From assembly GCF_006345805.1 (NCBI RefSeq), contig NC_043006.1:6882001-6946000 (forward strand): 64,000 nt of DNA. The letters are read 5' to 3'. The notes beneath the pieces were generated by a model, which was given only the letters and a program-made list of their open reading frames with translations, ran no database searches and was not told the origin of the DNA. The stretch is from Octopus sinensis (taxonomy: Eukaryota). Position 1 is the stretch's first letter; each line of letters opens with the position of its first letter. Positions 1-13,106 of the stretch are shown in pieces. The translations under genes were made by a program, and so were the position numbers.

Positions 1-204
1 GTCAAGCAATGCTAGGGGGACAAACACAGACACATATATACGACAGGCTTCTTTCAGTTTCCGTCTACCAAATCCACTTACAAGGCTTTGGTCGGCCCGA
101 GGCTATAGCAGAAGACACTTGCCTAAGATGCCACGCAGTGGGACTGAACCCGGAACCATGTGGTTGGTTAGCAAGCTACTTACCACACAGCCACTCCTGC
201 GCCT
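1..204 (-). mobile_element. tRNA-derived SINE family A (CORE-like), cut by the window edge
   Basis: Reverse complement reads GGCGCAGGAGTGGCTGTGTGGTAAG (A box), GGTTCAGTCCC (B box), CTTAGGCAAGTGTCTT (CORE-like); near-identical to 51397-51790. Confidence 0.85.
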
Positions 205-224
205 ATATATATCTTTTTATTTTT

Positions 225-470
225 CCACTTATTTCAGTCACTCGAACGCTGTCATACTGGGGTACCACCTTGAGAAATTTTAGTCTAACGAATCGATCCC
301 AGTGTATATTTTCCTTAATTCGGATTTCTTTCAGTTTCTACCAATCTAAATCCGCTCACAAGACTTTGGTCGGCCCGAGGCTATATTAGAGTACAGTAGC
401 CCAAGATATCACGTAGTGGGAATGAACCCGGAACCACTTGGTTAGGGAGAAAACTTCTTATCAGACAACG
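225..470 (-). mobile_element. Degenerate SINE family A copy
   Basis: Diverged match to the family A body (tctttcagtttc...ggtcggcccgaggctata...gaacccggaacca). Confidence 0.65.
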
Positions 471-1244
471 ATATTCGTATATACATACATACATTTATAC
501 ATGCATACATACATACTCTGAGATATGTAATACACTCCCTAACTACCAATTTTGAGAAATTAATCTTCGCAAATCCAGTAAGGAGAAAGCTAATTCAAAG
601 ACTACAGATCCAATCCATTACTGGAACTGTAAAAATCTGTAAAACTTTTCAGAAGTTTATCATTAAAATATATATATGAGCCTGTCTAGATATGCAGCTG
701 TTTGTATGAGAATACATACATAAAACAAGACATACAAATCTGCACAGATGCATATACACAAACAAAATTATCCTGGCACGAAATCGTGAAATAAAACTGA
801 AAAATGACGTCCACACATAATGCCCGGGTATCATAATTTTATAACGGCATGAAATTGGAATTTTGTTTATAATACATTGATATATATCTGGTAAGCTCCG
901 TAATAAAATAGATATTAAACACATAGATATACGATTGTAATATGTACTGGGTTCATTAATCTGAACTAAACAGAATAATACCCCATGATATCCACTGTCA
1001 TCTAAAACCCACTTGATATATGATACTCAGAATTGAAACCGCTTTATTTAGATTTAACAAATACCTCCAAGGTTTCCCCCTCCATTTCTCACTCTTTCAG
1101 TCTCTTCCTCCTTCTCTCTCTCTTTCCATTTTTCTTTCTCTTTCTCCTCTCTCTCTCTTTCTCTTTCATTCTCTCTATCTCCCTCTTGCGCTGTTTAATC
1201 ATTGCAAATGAATATATCTATTGCCAGTTTGTACAGTGTATTAA

Positions 1245-1476
1245 GGCGGCGAGCTGGCAGAAACGTTAGCACGCCGATAGAAATGCGTAGCCGTATTTCA
1301 TCTGCCGTTACGTTCTGGGTTCAAATTCTGCCGAGGTCGACTTTGCCTTTCATCCTTTCGGGGTCGATTAAATAAGTACTAGTTACGCACTGGGGTCGAT
1401 GTAATCGACTTAATCCGTGTGTCTGTCCTTGTTTGTCCTCTCTGTGTTTAACCCCTTGTGGGTAGTAAAGAAATAG
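1245..1476 (+). mobile_element. tRNA-derived SINE family B, full length
   Basis: GGCGGCGAGCTGGCAGAAACGTTAGC head, GGTTCAAATTC B box, tail CCCCTTGTGGGTAGTAAAGAAATAG; matches 13107-13331 and 46158-46390. Confidence 0.85.
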
Positions 1477-1680
1477 AATCGTTTACACGCCAGCTAAAAG
1501 GCTTGGCAGTATTTCGCCCGTCTCTAAGTTCTGAGTTCAAATGCCGCTGATGTGGACATTGTTTTTCATCCTTTCGAGGCACTTGATAAAATAAGTGCCA
1601 TTTGAGCACTGCGGCCGATGTAAACGACTTATACCCTCCATCAAAATAGCTGGCCTGTTCCAAAATTTGAAGCCAATATG
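1477..1680 (+). mobile_element. SINE family B variant with alternative tail
   Basis: GAGTTCAAAT B box and TTTCATCCTTTCG body; tail GCTGGCCTGTTCCAAAATTTGAAGCC resembles the tails at 23480-23500, 45450 and 50730. Confidence 0.65.
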
Positions 1681-2632
1681 CACAGTGCAGTTCCAATTGA
1701 GAATCAAAAATGTCTTCCTTACACAAGAACAGCTGTTTCTCAAGAGAAAAAGAAAACAACTTATCTATTAGTTAAGTAGATTTCGATGTAATGCAACTTA
1801 TACAAACAAAATTTCAAAGATAAAAACGACAATCGTTCCTATGAAGAAAAATAAACGTAACGGCATTTTTTAGACAATTCTGAGAAAAGTAATTGCGTAA
1901 TCAAATATATATACATATATCGACGTTGTTGCGTGGACAAATGCAGAAATATTTCGAACTAAACACTCATGTTTATTCAGCTCCACAATTCAACTCTGTA
2001 AAACATGTATATCATTACTATTTTTGAAATATCAGAAGAAAATGCATGTTCAAGGATCCCAACATTCAAACAGTTCTTTCAACTATGATGTATTTGATAT
2101 GGATATATATATAGCCTAAAATATAAAAGGGGGGGGGTGTATCTGATGGAATATATTTGGGTTCTTTTTTTCTGCGCAAGTTTCTCTTTAAGGGAGAACG
2201 ATTCAACTTCTAACTTAAGAGAAAAACATATTTGTATTTAAGTATAGCCAAGAAAGTATTCTGTATATACGTATACACACACACGCACACGTATATACGT
2301 ATGTATTTGTATATATGAAGATATACATGCATGTATATATATTCACGTGTATACAATATACATATACGCATATATGTCGATGTCCATATATATGAATAAA
2401 TAGATATTCGCATAGCGTATCACTTTTTCGCGAAAAAAGGATATGTAATACCATTCTTTCTGAAAATTTGTATAAACTCAAAGAAGGCTAGAGGGCGTTA
2501 TTAATAATTCATAAATTTGATTCTGACGTACAAGAATTTTAAATTCTTAATGCCTTATTTTATTGTAGTTTGCGATTTTAGTGTAGAAATATGTGAACAC
2601 CTTTGACAAAAAAATTAATATAAAGTATTATA

Positions 2633-2893
2633 TAGTGAAGAAGAAATGTCTATTGCCCCTTAAGCATGACTGCTCTGGAGGAACCGAGATTACTGGTATT
2701 TTTAACCCCAGGAAAACGCCAATCCAGCTGGTTATTCGATGCAATCTGCACCCGATATGTATTGCAAGTAAGAGAGTGAACGCCTACCATTGAAAACCAG
2801 CTGGAGGGAGCGCCCTCCTGGTGTTAAAAATAGCAGTAACGTCGGTTCCTATGGAGCAGCAATGTTTAAGAGGCAAGAAACATTACTTCTCTG
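2633..2893. mobile_element. Fold-back MITE, probably Tc1/mariner-type
   Basis: Imperfect inverted arms of about 105 bp (GGAACCGAGATTACTGGTATTTTTAACCCCAGGA vs TCCTGGTGTTAAAAATAGCAGTAACGTCGGTTCC); ends TA|TAGTG...CTCTG|TA. Confidence 0.65.
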
Positions 2894-2979
2894 TAAGTTC
2901 TAGCTTTCATCTCTTATAGTGATTTTCTAACTCGCTATTTTGATTATATTGTTATAATATTGAAATTTCGATATTGTAG

Positions 2980-3362
2980 ACGCAGGTATAGCTGTTTTGT
3001 TAAGAAGCTCAATTTGGAAACACGTGCTTTCGGATTCAGGTGCACTGCCGGTACCTTAGACATGTGTCTCCCTCTTCTATAGCCCAGTATCAACCAATGA
3101 CTAGTGAATGAATTTGGGAGACGGGAATTGTGTGAAAGACTTGGGTGAACACTTGTGGGTGTTTGCGTTGTATTCGTCCCCCCATAACCATTTGAAGATC
3201 AGTGTTGGTTCCTGTACGTCCATATAACATAAAATTTTGACAAAACATAATGATATGATTAAACACTAGATTATATGAGGAAAAAAAATTCTAGGAACAT
3301 TTGACTAAACAGTTTAAGCTTTGCCCTAGCATGGTCACAATCCAGTAAATGAAATAAGTAAT
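2980..3362 (+). mobile_element. Old, highly diverged SINE family A copy
   Basis: Residual head GACGCAGGTATAGCTG, GGATTCAG, ...CTAGCATGGTCACAATC...GAAATAAGTAA tail. Confidence 0.5.
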
Positions 3363-3529
3363 AGCTTTATTCAAAAAATAAATAAAAACATTATTTCTGT
3401 TTTTTCTAAATGCTCTGTATTTTTAGGTGATGTGACTTAACTCGAAACAGTTCAGCTGCATAGTAATGTAAAAAATGGAAACCTGGAGACTAGAGATATT
3501 AAAAGTAATTAAAACATTGCAAATTCGCA

Positions 3530-3640
3530 ACAGAGTAGTAGTAGTAGTAGTAGTAAGAAAATAAAATTAACGATATCCCTAAAATTAATTTAATTATAAA
3601 ATTAGCAAGGTAAATAATAGACCAATTGCTCATTATTAAC

Positions 3641-3671
<31 letters not shown>

Positions 3672-3725
3672 ATAGTAGTAGTAGTAGTAATAGTAGTAGT
3701 AGCAGCAGCAGCAACAACAATAGCT
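3530..3725. repeat. (AGT)n/(AGC)n trinucleotide microsatellites
   Basis: Direct reading; source of the poly-L/poly-S ORFs. Confidence 0.95.
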
Positions 3726-4494
3726 GTAGTACTAGAAGCAGGAGCAACAAAACACACGTATTACTAGTAACAACAACGATAGTACTTGCACTAGCAACAC
3801 TAGTGACTGTAGTTGATTTGTAGTGGGAAAGCCGATTCTATACCTCTTATAGGTTACGCGAACTTACACACCATTCCACTGTTTGTTAAGATACCATAAA
3901 ATTAACAGCAACAACGTTACACTTCGAAGATCTAATATCTCCAGTATGTCTGTTAGTCCTCAATGAAGAATCGATATTCTGTATGATTAATTGTTGCTAT
4001 AGATAGTTCAAATGAATACCACATACATCCAATGACGTGTTATCGTGTTTAAAAAATGAAAGAACTTCGTTCATGCTCACACTGCTCTTAATTGCAATAC
4101 ATCTGATGCATGCTTGCGTACACTGCGTTTGTAAGTTCCACATTTTTTTCATCACGTCACATACCGTTTCTTTAAATCGGCCACTATTTGTATTGCTAAA
4201 ACAATGCTTTTAACCAAGACATAGCAAATCCAATTTCAAATCCTATCATTATATACATGTTATCTACTTTAATTTCTCATATTCGCAGCAAGATGCCTTT
4301 CTTCGTAACAATACTTACTCCGGTGACATTGAAATTGTTCGGACTCCATACGTGTTATGTCTATGCGCAGACAACATTGAATGAAATACCTGAACATAGA
4401 TGGATGATGGAATATTAATAGCTGAAGCGAAAATATTTTTAATATAATGAACAAAAGAAGTCCAATATGTAAATATAAATGTCGATTTAATGTT

Positions 4495-4632
4495 GTGTAT
4501 ATATCCGTGTGCGTGAGTGCGTGCGCGCGGATATATATATACATATATACATATATATATATATTATATATGTATATATGTATGTATGTATATACAAACA
4601 TACAAACATATACATACACACACACACATACA

Positions 4633-4664
<32 letters not shown>

Positions 4665-4853
4665 AATATATATGTGTATGTATGTATGTATGTATGTATG
4701 TATATATAAACATACATAGATAAAAATATATACATAAATATAGACAGAAATATATATATATGTGTGTGTGTATGTATGTATATATAACATACATAGATAA
4801 AAATATATACATAAATATAAACAGAAATATATATATATATATCATCATCGTCG

Positions 4854-4886
<33 letters not shown>
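4495..4886. repeat. Compound (TA)n/(CA)n/(TATG)n/(CAT)n microsatellite
   Basis: Direct reading. Confidence 0.95.
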
Positions 4887-4887
<1 letters not shown>

Positions 4888-5367
4888 AAAAGACGAATTT
4901 GCGAAAGTAATGGGATATTTTGTTAGTTAAAAAGGACAATAATCAAAGGAATCGTTTTGTTTATAAAAGGAGACGTTATCAGTAATGTAAGCGAAATGGA
5001 CAGACATAGCAGGAACCAAATTACTTTCCAACAATGGTACCTGCAGCGTCTCTCACTCAAATCACTCTTATGCATTTAATCTGAAAGAGAAAATCCCATT
5101 TCCAGAGCGCAGACCGCCAAATATAGTTATATAAATATATTAAGTGTGTGCATGTGTGCCTCTGCCTGTGAATGCGACACCGTGACTCCGCGTATAAGAA
5201 TGTAGAGTAATGAAATAATCACTATTACACGTATTTAGCTATTATTTTCCTCATATTCAGATGAGCTATATGCGTGTTTGTGCATGTTGGTGTATATCTA
5301 TAAGTTTGTGTGTGTAGGTTGGCAGCAATGAATACTCACTTATGCAAACTTATACAGCCACGCATAT

Positions 5368-5424
<57 letters not shown>

Positions 5425-5686
5425 AAAGATTAATACAAAATCCATCTTCACGTTACTTAAGAAATTATTATTATTATTAATTTTCTCAACTAACAGAATT
5501 CCTGAAGTTGATCCAAAGACAATATACCCCGACGGCGGATGACACCCGATAGACAAAACTGTGTCAGTGCTCTATTCAACACTTCAACACTCTAATCCAC
5601 ATATACACATTAGTCCAAAAATATTAAATATCTAAACCATCATCCGTGTTACCGAGGAAGGTGCTATTGATTAATGTGCTAGGAAG

Positions 5687-7041
5687 ATGGAAAAAGTCGT
5701 ATTGAACGTCTCATTCAAAAGCATACCTATATCGAGCAGAAAAGAATACATGAGGTCACTCCTTGTGACGACCAGCCAATTCATTCGCAGAAATTCAATG
5801 GAAAGCTTCTCTTTTTTGAGGAAAATGATGAGCAATCGAACAAGTCCGAACCACACAACGCACTTAAACGGGAATTTAAATCATTGAACAACCCACCGAC
5901 CAATAAGCGCATCACAAGATTCAAAGAAGAGCTATACAACATCGTCAGAAATGTATAATTTAGAAAATAAAAACACAGAAGGAACCGCACCAACAAAAAC
6001 TAAAGAAGCTACTTGGTGAGTTTAAGAAGGCCCCGGGAACACATGTACCGGCGGATAAAACCGGTAATATTTACATTGTTGGTTTTGATCTTTATAAGAA
6101 TTTAATACGTAAGGAACCATGTGGTAAATATAGACATGCACACGCTGATACACTAAATACAATCAACAGAAGGGGATTAATAATAGTGAACCACCTAGAT
6201 ATACACTAAAGGACTGAACCTTATGCACCAAGGAACCCCTGATATAGCTGCAAGACCATAAACCGAATTAGTTTAGGGCCCCATCAGTTAGTCTAATCTT
6301 GCCTTCGAAATCGGACTCTGATGATTAATAGATAGAATAATGCCAAAACTAAGATCTAAAAGCACCCTAACACTGTGGTCAGACACACAGGACGTAATCG
6401 GCCTACTCAACCAACTCCAAATAAATAAACACAGTAAATTCATTCAACTTGACATCGAGGGGGATATTAACCCTATTCTCTTACATAAGGCATTAACTTA
6501 CTTTTAAAATAATTCAGGCCTTTCTAGATACGAAATCGATGTAATATTTGTGGCACGCGGAACCCTGGTAGAATTTGATGGTAAGCTGTGGAACGGGTCC
6601 GATAGAATAGACGCGTTCGATATTAGTATGGGATCCTCGGACTCCTCAGAAGTCACCGATCTAGTCCTTTCTTCTCAGAATCTGTGGAGGTCTATAAAGA
6701 GATGACGCGTTATTCTTTATAAACAGATGTAATAAGGTAGAGCGTGAAAAACATAAAAGATCTTAATTTAATTTTTAAATATCGGAATCTCAGTAACCAT
6801 AGACGCTACTTTCAATTTAAATACTGGATTTAATGACCTATTTCATAAACCAAATAAGAGCCTAAAATGCATAAACGTTGGATCAATTCATCCATCATCA
6901 ATCATTAGGGGACTAGTTAAGAACATTTCGGCCAGAATATCCGGATTATGCGCCAACGAAGATATATTCAATAAACGCGCTGGCTATTATAACGCAGCTC
7001 TTGCCAGCTATCGTGCGAAAATCAAATACGCGGGTAGTAGC

Positions 7042-7076
<35 letters not shown>

Positions 7077-8832
7077 AAACGGTAGTATTTACCCAAATAG
7101 CTCAGCAAGTAGTAGCAAGAATAATTATAGCAATAACACATACGGATCCGGGAATAACACCACCAAACACATTAACCACACATAAAACGTTCAAAAGTTG
7201 CATAAAGATATCTCAAACCACAAAAAGTAAGGCAATCACAAATAGATACATGAGAACCAGTAATAGGATAGAGAAACATAGCAACGGACAACACACCATC
7301 CCAACTAAACACAGGGTACCACAAAATTTCAAGACCATCTCATACGCCCGAAAACAATGGACCTAATAAAAGGTAAAAGAAGCATGAGCTCCTCTTCTGG
7401 TATAAGATCTGGGGTTCGAATATATCATTCAGTATCGGGAAACAGTTCTTCGATGCCATCGATCGTTGCTTCCCTAAAAACAGCATGTACAGCCAGTTGT
7501 TCGACCAGGACACTGTAAAAATATAGTATGCGAATTCATCGAATATGGAGCACGACATTCATAGAATTAACAACGAAAAACAAAGGCAGGTGCAGGATGC
7601 ATCGAAAATAAGACCTCAAATATTGATGAAGATACCTTACTCCAGTGACTCTGCAAATACCATCCACATAACGCATAAAAGTAACAATGACTGTAACACT
7701 AACCAACAGGGAAAAACAACTACAACAGCTTTACTAACCAACTAACATCTGATAGCCACAACAACTCAAACAACACAAACACATCCATAAACAATAAAAA
7801 TAATAATAGTGTAGCTAAGAGTATGAATGTAAATAGAACCGACCGTAGAGTTGCCGGCTGTACACACGCAAACAAAAAAAACCTGACAATCTATCCTCAT
7901 GCAGGGACCGTTCGAAATGTCGCCTGGGTTACCAATACAACACCAGAAATATCGTGTACAAGTGCACCGTAAATACTAGAGGAGGTCCCTACGTATATAT
8001 CGGTACACCTGCTGATATATTCAAAAATAGATATAGAAACGACATCGCAAGCTTTCGAAAAATCCTTAAACGGCACGCAAGATCACTGGCCGAATTCTTC
8101 TGGCGACTTACAGAAGAGAAAGTGAAATACGACATGACATGGTCAATAATTAATCTCTACAATACACTGTCCCTGAAAGGCCAGCTATGTTCAGAGGAAT
8201 CGCTGACAATATCTTCTATATATATAAAACTGTAGTTGTGTGAGTGTCTGTCCCCTTCGATTTAGATTCCTAACTACTCCCACATTTTGCGGTGCAGTTT
8301 AACCAAATTCAGGTATCTAATAGTCGTGATTCATATCGAGCCCGTCTGAGTATTAGCGCGCGTCTACGATGAGTCTACGATTTAAAAAATAATTTAACAT
8401 AATTTTTTATTCCATTTTAATGCATAATTTTTCGTGTGTCGATGGCGGCGGAGTTGGCGTCCATGGTCACACCTGCACCTGTTTGCTTCTCCCCCTTCTT
8501 CCCTCCCTCGTGAAGCTGTGGGGAAGGGAGTGTAAGGAAATCAACGTCGTAAAGCGTTGTCAAGGAGACCAGCGTTCTTTTAGAACAACGACTTCATGGC
8601 TTGAAGACACCAAAACAGAAATGGCTAAGAAAGCCCGAATTGGCATCTATAAGGGAAGTAACTCTCTAAAAATGCTTATATAGTTATTTCCCTTACAAAA
8701 CCGAGCAACGCCGGGCGATACTGCTAGTTGTTGATAAAAGAGCGATTTATAAATAGATTTGCTGAACGACTACCCTGATGCAAAGATATAGCCAAACACC
8801 TGTTCGTACAATATAGCGCGGACGATACCTAA
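5687..8832 (+). mobile_element. Decayed Penelope-like element, Naiad-like (RT plus C-terminal GIY-YIG)
   Basis: Frameshifted motifs in order: SFKSIPISSRKEY..RIQWKASLF; VPADKTGNIY; LQDHKPN..SLILPSKS; FIQLDIE; FDISMGSSDSSEVTDLV; GL*RDDA (6692-6706, RT motif with stop); KPNK..SIHPSSII; IGKQFFDAIDRCFPKN..LFDQDTVKI; SCRDRSKC..NIVYKCTV..YVYIG..FKNRY..SF; LCSEE. Frame resumes exactly at 8728 after removing the Helitron. Clade label is from motif recall. Confidence 0.85.
8212..8727 (+). mobile_element. Non-autonomous Helitron
   Basis: Between A8211 and T8728; 5' TCTTCTATATATATAAAA; 3' CCGAGCAACGCCGGG hairpin then CTAG; no TSD; relatives at 9126, 39474 and 45668. Confidence 0.85.
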
Positions 8833-8989
8833 CCCATTCAACCCGTAATTCCGACAACTCGGATTAACCGCCACCCCCGAATTTTAAACCACATGAAGTG
8901 CGACCAGTGTAGAACGCTACATGTATTTTGGTACGTTCGTATAGAACACTTGCTGAACGCAACCATAAGCAACTAGAATTTTCAAAACC

Positions 8990-11290
8990 TTAATCGTTTG
9001 ATTTACTAAAGAGATAAAAATTTGTTGCCCAGACAGTTATATTTATTTATATATGTTCCTATATGTTAACTTGGGAACGCAGCTATGAGTTACTAATATA
9101 TACAAACTTTAAGTTATAACATAAACTAGCAGTATCGCCCGGCGTTGCTCGGGTTTGTAAGGGAAATAACTATATAAGCATTTTTAGAGATGTAAAGTAT
9201 AATAGCCATCTCAATATGGCTAACCACAAAGGGGGGGGGTGTTACTGTAGCGTTTTTACGTTCTGAGATTTAATAATAAATTTTTAGAGAGTTACTTCCC
9301 TTATATATGCCAAAAGTGCATTAAAATGGGAAAAATTGATGGTAAATTTTTTTTTAAATCGTAGACTCATCGTAGACGCGCGCTAATACCCAGAAGGGCT
9401 CGATATGAATCACGACTATAAGATACCCGGTTTTGGTTAACTGCACCGCAAAATGTGGGAGTAGTTAGGAATCTAAATCGTAGGAGACAGACAGCACACA
9501 ACCTCCCTTTTATATATAAAGATTAGATACTCAGATGCACAAGTTGGTCTTAATTGTGAACCTCTCTCCTGGTTTGAATAGGAATTCCGAGCCTTCCAAC
9601 AGGTTGGGGCATGCTCCACGGTTTGGGTTTTTACATTTCTTAACCATTCGTTTCGTGGTTGTTGTGTAAATCTCCGCATCTCTCAGAAGTCTTTTCAGCG
9701 ATTTGTGTTACATTTTGCATTTGAGGCTTTTATGTGTTTTCAGAATGCTGCTCATTTTTGGATCCCTAGTGAGGATAGAGAGATTTTGTACAATAGTGTC
9801 GTATACCTTATTGTTTCTAGGGTTGTGAGTTGATATATACGGTAGGGTTTTGAGATCTAGAGTGGTGTTACGTTTTGCTTCCCTTCGTGTTTTAACGCCT
9901 AATTTCCTGGCATGCTTAACTCCCTCTATAAGTTTGTGTGGATATTGTTTCTCAGTAAGTGTTGTTCTGAGGTCCTGAAGACAGAGTTCCTGAGTATATC
10001 CATCAGGCACTATTGTGCAAATCCTTTTTGCAAAATTAAAGAGAATTAAAGGGAGTATTTGTTTTGATGTGTTTCGGGTGGCATGAGCTAAAAAGAAGAT
10101 ATTGTTTCGAGTCCATTTTTTTATGTTAAATGTCAGTTACAATTTGGTTGGTGACTTGTTTGTCATAATATTTAAGAAATGGAGATTGCATTGTAAATTG
10201 AATATTAAGGTTATATTATTCAGTATTGATTTAAATTCCAAAAGTATATCAATGGTCTCATTCCAAAGGGTAAAGATGTCATCCAGATATCTTCTCCAGA
10301 TTTTTCTTATATACTGGTGAAACGGATGTCCATACTTTTGTAGTGACACTTCATATATCGTGAATTCCAAATATACCATTATTAGGTCCACAAGAACAGG
10401 GGCTGCTTTCGTTCCTATCACAATTCCGCATTTTTGACGATAGTAGTTGTCATCAAATAGGAGATCATTTTTCTGAAGTATAAATTTTAAAGTTTCAATG
10501 ATGAAAATCTGGTTTATGCGTTCCGGAATTTCTTCGGCAAACTTTTCCAGCCAGAATTTTATTGTTTCTATTCCATGCGGGGTATTGGTGTAGAGATTAA
10601 TGACATTGAAGGAAACAAATAATGTCTTTTCATTAATTGTTTTGGTAAGTGTTGAAGCATATCTAAATTGTCTCTAATGAAATTTTTGATGCATTTCTGC
10701 AACGGATTCAATAGGATGTCTAGAAAATTTCTTAGGTGGTGGGTTTCACAGGCTGGGCCAGATATAATGTGTCTTAACTTTAAATCTTCCGGCGCTGGGA
10801 TATTTATGTACTTGCTGGGTGATTGTTTGCGGACTTCAGTAACTATCTTGCTCCTGTGTATTTTAGATAGGCCGAAAAAAAAAAAGGTTTACATTTAAAA
10901 TTCCTGATACAATATATTTCTTTTTCTGTCGGGTCTTTTTCAATATAGATGAAATAAGGATGCAAGATTTTTTCTTTGTTTTTCGTTGTTTATGGTCCAC
11001 AGCCTTTTCGAAGAAGGTGTCGTTTTTCAGCATGGATAATTCTAGGTTTTTGTAGTATTCTGTGTCCATCAGGACTACAGATCTTCCTTTGTGTGCTTCT
11101 TTAATAGTCGATTCTTCATGGTTTTGTAGTTCAATTAGATTTTTTCATTCAAAACTGCTGAGATTTGAATTAACTTTTCGCTCATGGAAAGTATTTGGAA
11201 AATTTAGGATATGGTCCAACCAAATATAACGCTTTTACCCATCTACAAGTACAAAGAAACAATTTCTGTACAAGAACGTTTAAGTAAAAC
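8990..11290 (-). mobile_element. Decayed Penelope-like element, Neptune-like (RT plus GIY-YIG)
   Basis: Minus-strand motifs: NSNLSSFE..STIKEAHKGRSVVLMDTEYY; MIGTKAAPVLVDLIMVYLE; IWRRYLDDIF (YLDD near 10278-10292); LPYISTHNPRN; TCASEYL|IYVIT joined across the Helitron; YIS..LRSQVN. Confidence 0.85.
9126..9522 (-). mobile_element. Non-autonomous Helitron, same family as 8212-8727
   Basis: Reverse complement: A|TCTTTATATATAAAAGG...CCCGAGCAACGCCGGGCGATACTGCTAG|T. Confidence 0.85.
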
Positions 11291-11781
11291 AATACATTTA
11301 TCGAAGACTACAGAACAAGCCTAAATATGAACGCATAACCAACTTACATAACTATCACTGTAAAAAATTCATCTCACTATTTTAGCTTTTGCGTTTTTGC
11401 ATATTTATTTATCCCCTCCACAGTATATGAGCAATTACCTCCCCTGTCAGGAATAATAACGTTCACCAATTACCTCACCTTAGATTTTTCTACATGCTGA
11501 ATCATTCCATTCACAAGCTTCCATACAGAACATGGACTAAAATTTGAAGAAAATACGAAATTACAATAATTACAATGTTATGATTAGCGAAACCAGTTGG
11601 TAAATACAATACTTTTTCACTTATGAAATATATTAAAGAAATATTAAAACTACGTAAACTGTATGCATTTTCCTTCTTTTATTTAATATAAATATATGTT
11701 TTGCATTACAACCAGCCACGTGGAGATAATGAAAATTTGCCCTCCCTACTATATATATATATATATACACACACATAATAT

Positions 11782-12088
11782 CCTTCAGTCATTTGGTTAC
11801 AGTCATGCTGTTTTAGTCCGACGATTCGATCCCAGGGTCTTTATCAGATTCCTTGTTACTGAACCGCTATGTTACGGGAATGTAAACAAACCGCATCAGA
11901 TTTTCAACTGGTAGTGAGTGATAAACAAGTATAAACATTCTTTCGGTTTCCGTGTAACAGATCCACTCACAGGGTTTTGGTTGAAGGCTGTACTAACAGA
12001 TACTTGAGCCATGTGCCATAAAGTGGAACGGAACCCTGTACCATGGGCTGGGAGCAAACTTCTTACCCAACGCCAGACTAGCGCCTAT
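11782..12088 (-). mobile_element. Degenerate SINE family A copy
   Basis: Diverged match including gaaccgctatgttacgggaatgtaaac, atccactcacagg and the head end ctagcgcctata. Confidence 0.6.
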
Positions 12089-13106
12089 AGAACTAACCAC
12101 ACCTACGCTTCACGACGATATTTTTGATATTTGTTTTATTTATATACATTGAATTTGTCTTGTTAATTTCCTCGGACTTACAGGTTGAATAGAACAACGT
12201 GTGGATTTAACCTATAAGGATTTCCATCTTCTTCACTTGACATTCTGTTAGCCAACTACCATTGCATGCACTACTGAATGAGGTATTTGCTTGGATTGCT
12301 TTCATCCATATCTAACAGGATAGAAAGTGAGTGACGTTAAGTAGCACTGGTTTTGCTAGCCGGTGATATTTCAACGGCAATTGCTTCATCACATGTATCT
12401 TATTTGTAGCAGTGAATTATCCTTCTTTCCACTTCTGGACACTAATCTCCTACTGAATCTGGTGATGATAGAACCACCCTGATATCAGCCTCTTATCAAC
12501 GTTTTCTCCTTTGAATTTCCACTCCTATTACACTTCAGTATTTTCACCATACTTTGCTAACTGAATGAAATATCCAGCATGATAAATTCCGCGGATCACT
12601 CTAGTTTACTCCAGCCAAGTGAACACGATAAACGTCGACAGTCGACTATTCATTGATAATTGTATTTCTAGCTACCATATCGATACTACAGCTAAATCGC
12701 TTTTCGGCTCCTAAAAATGGAATCATTTACTCGCGTCTAAACATTTGCTGCCATATATCACATTCTGAAATCTAATGGTATCCTTTTGCTTGTTTGATCC
12801 AATGAAATAAAAGAAGTGAATGTGGAATCACCGTTCCTTAAGGTATAATCGATCACACGGAACCAGGTACATATTTTATCAACGGTTACTTATTGTAAGG
12901 ACTATGGAAAAATGAAAGTGAAACAAACAAAAAAATATCTGACGGAAAGAACATTTGTAATATTTTGAATTACTGAATTCCAAAAAGAGAATGTATTAGA
13001 TGTTATAATAACCAATTTAAAGCAGAAAAGGTAGCCCTTCATCGAGTTGTCCTACTCAACGCATCCGTTCCTTCATTGTGTAACTAATACAAATTTTAGT
13101 CTCTGT

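Noticed and set aside
5100-5140. TATATAAA as a promoter
   Set aside because: Expected by chance in TA-rich DNA; no associated gene.
8776-8778. In-frame TGA in the Naiad-like endonuclease region (some Naiads encode selenoproteins)
   Set aside because: The copy also has TAA/TAG stops and frameshifts, the TGA does not replace an expected Cys, and no SECIS was recognised.
8860-8990. Expected hammerhead in the 3' regions of the two Penelope-like elements
   Set aside because: No CUGANGA...GAAA motif with supporting stems on either strand.
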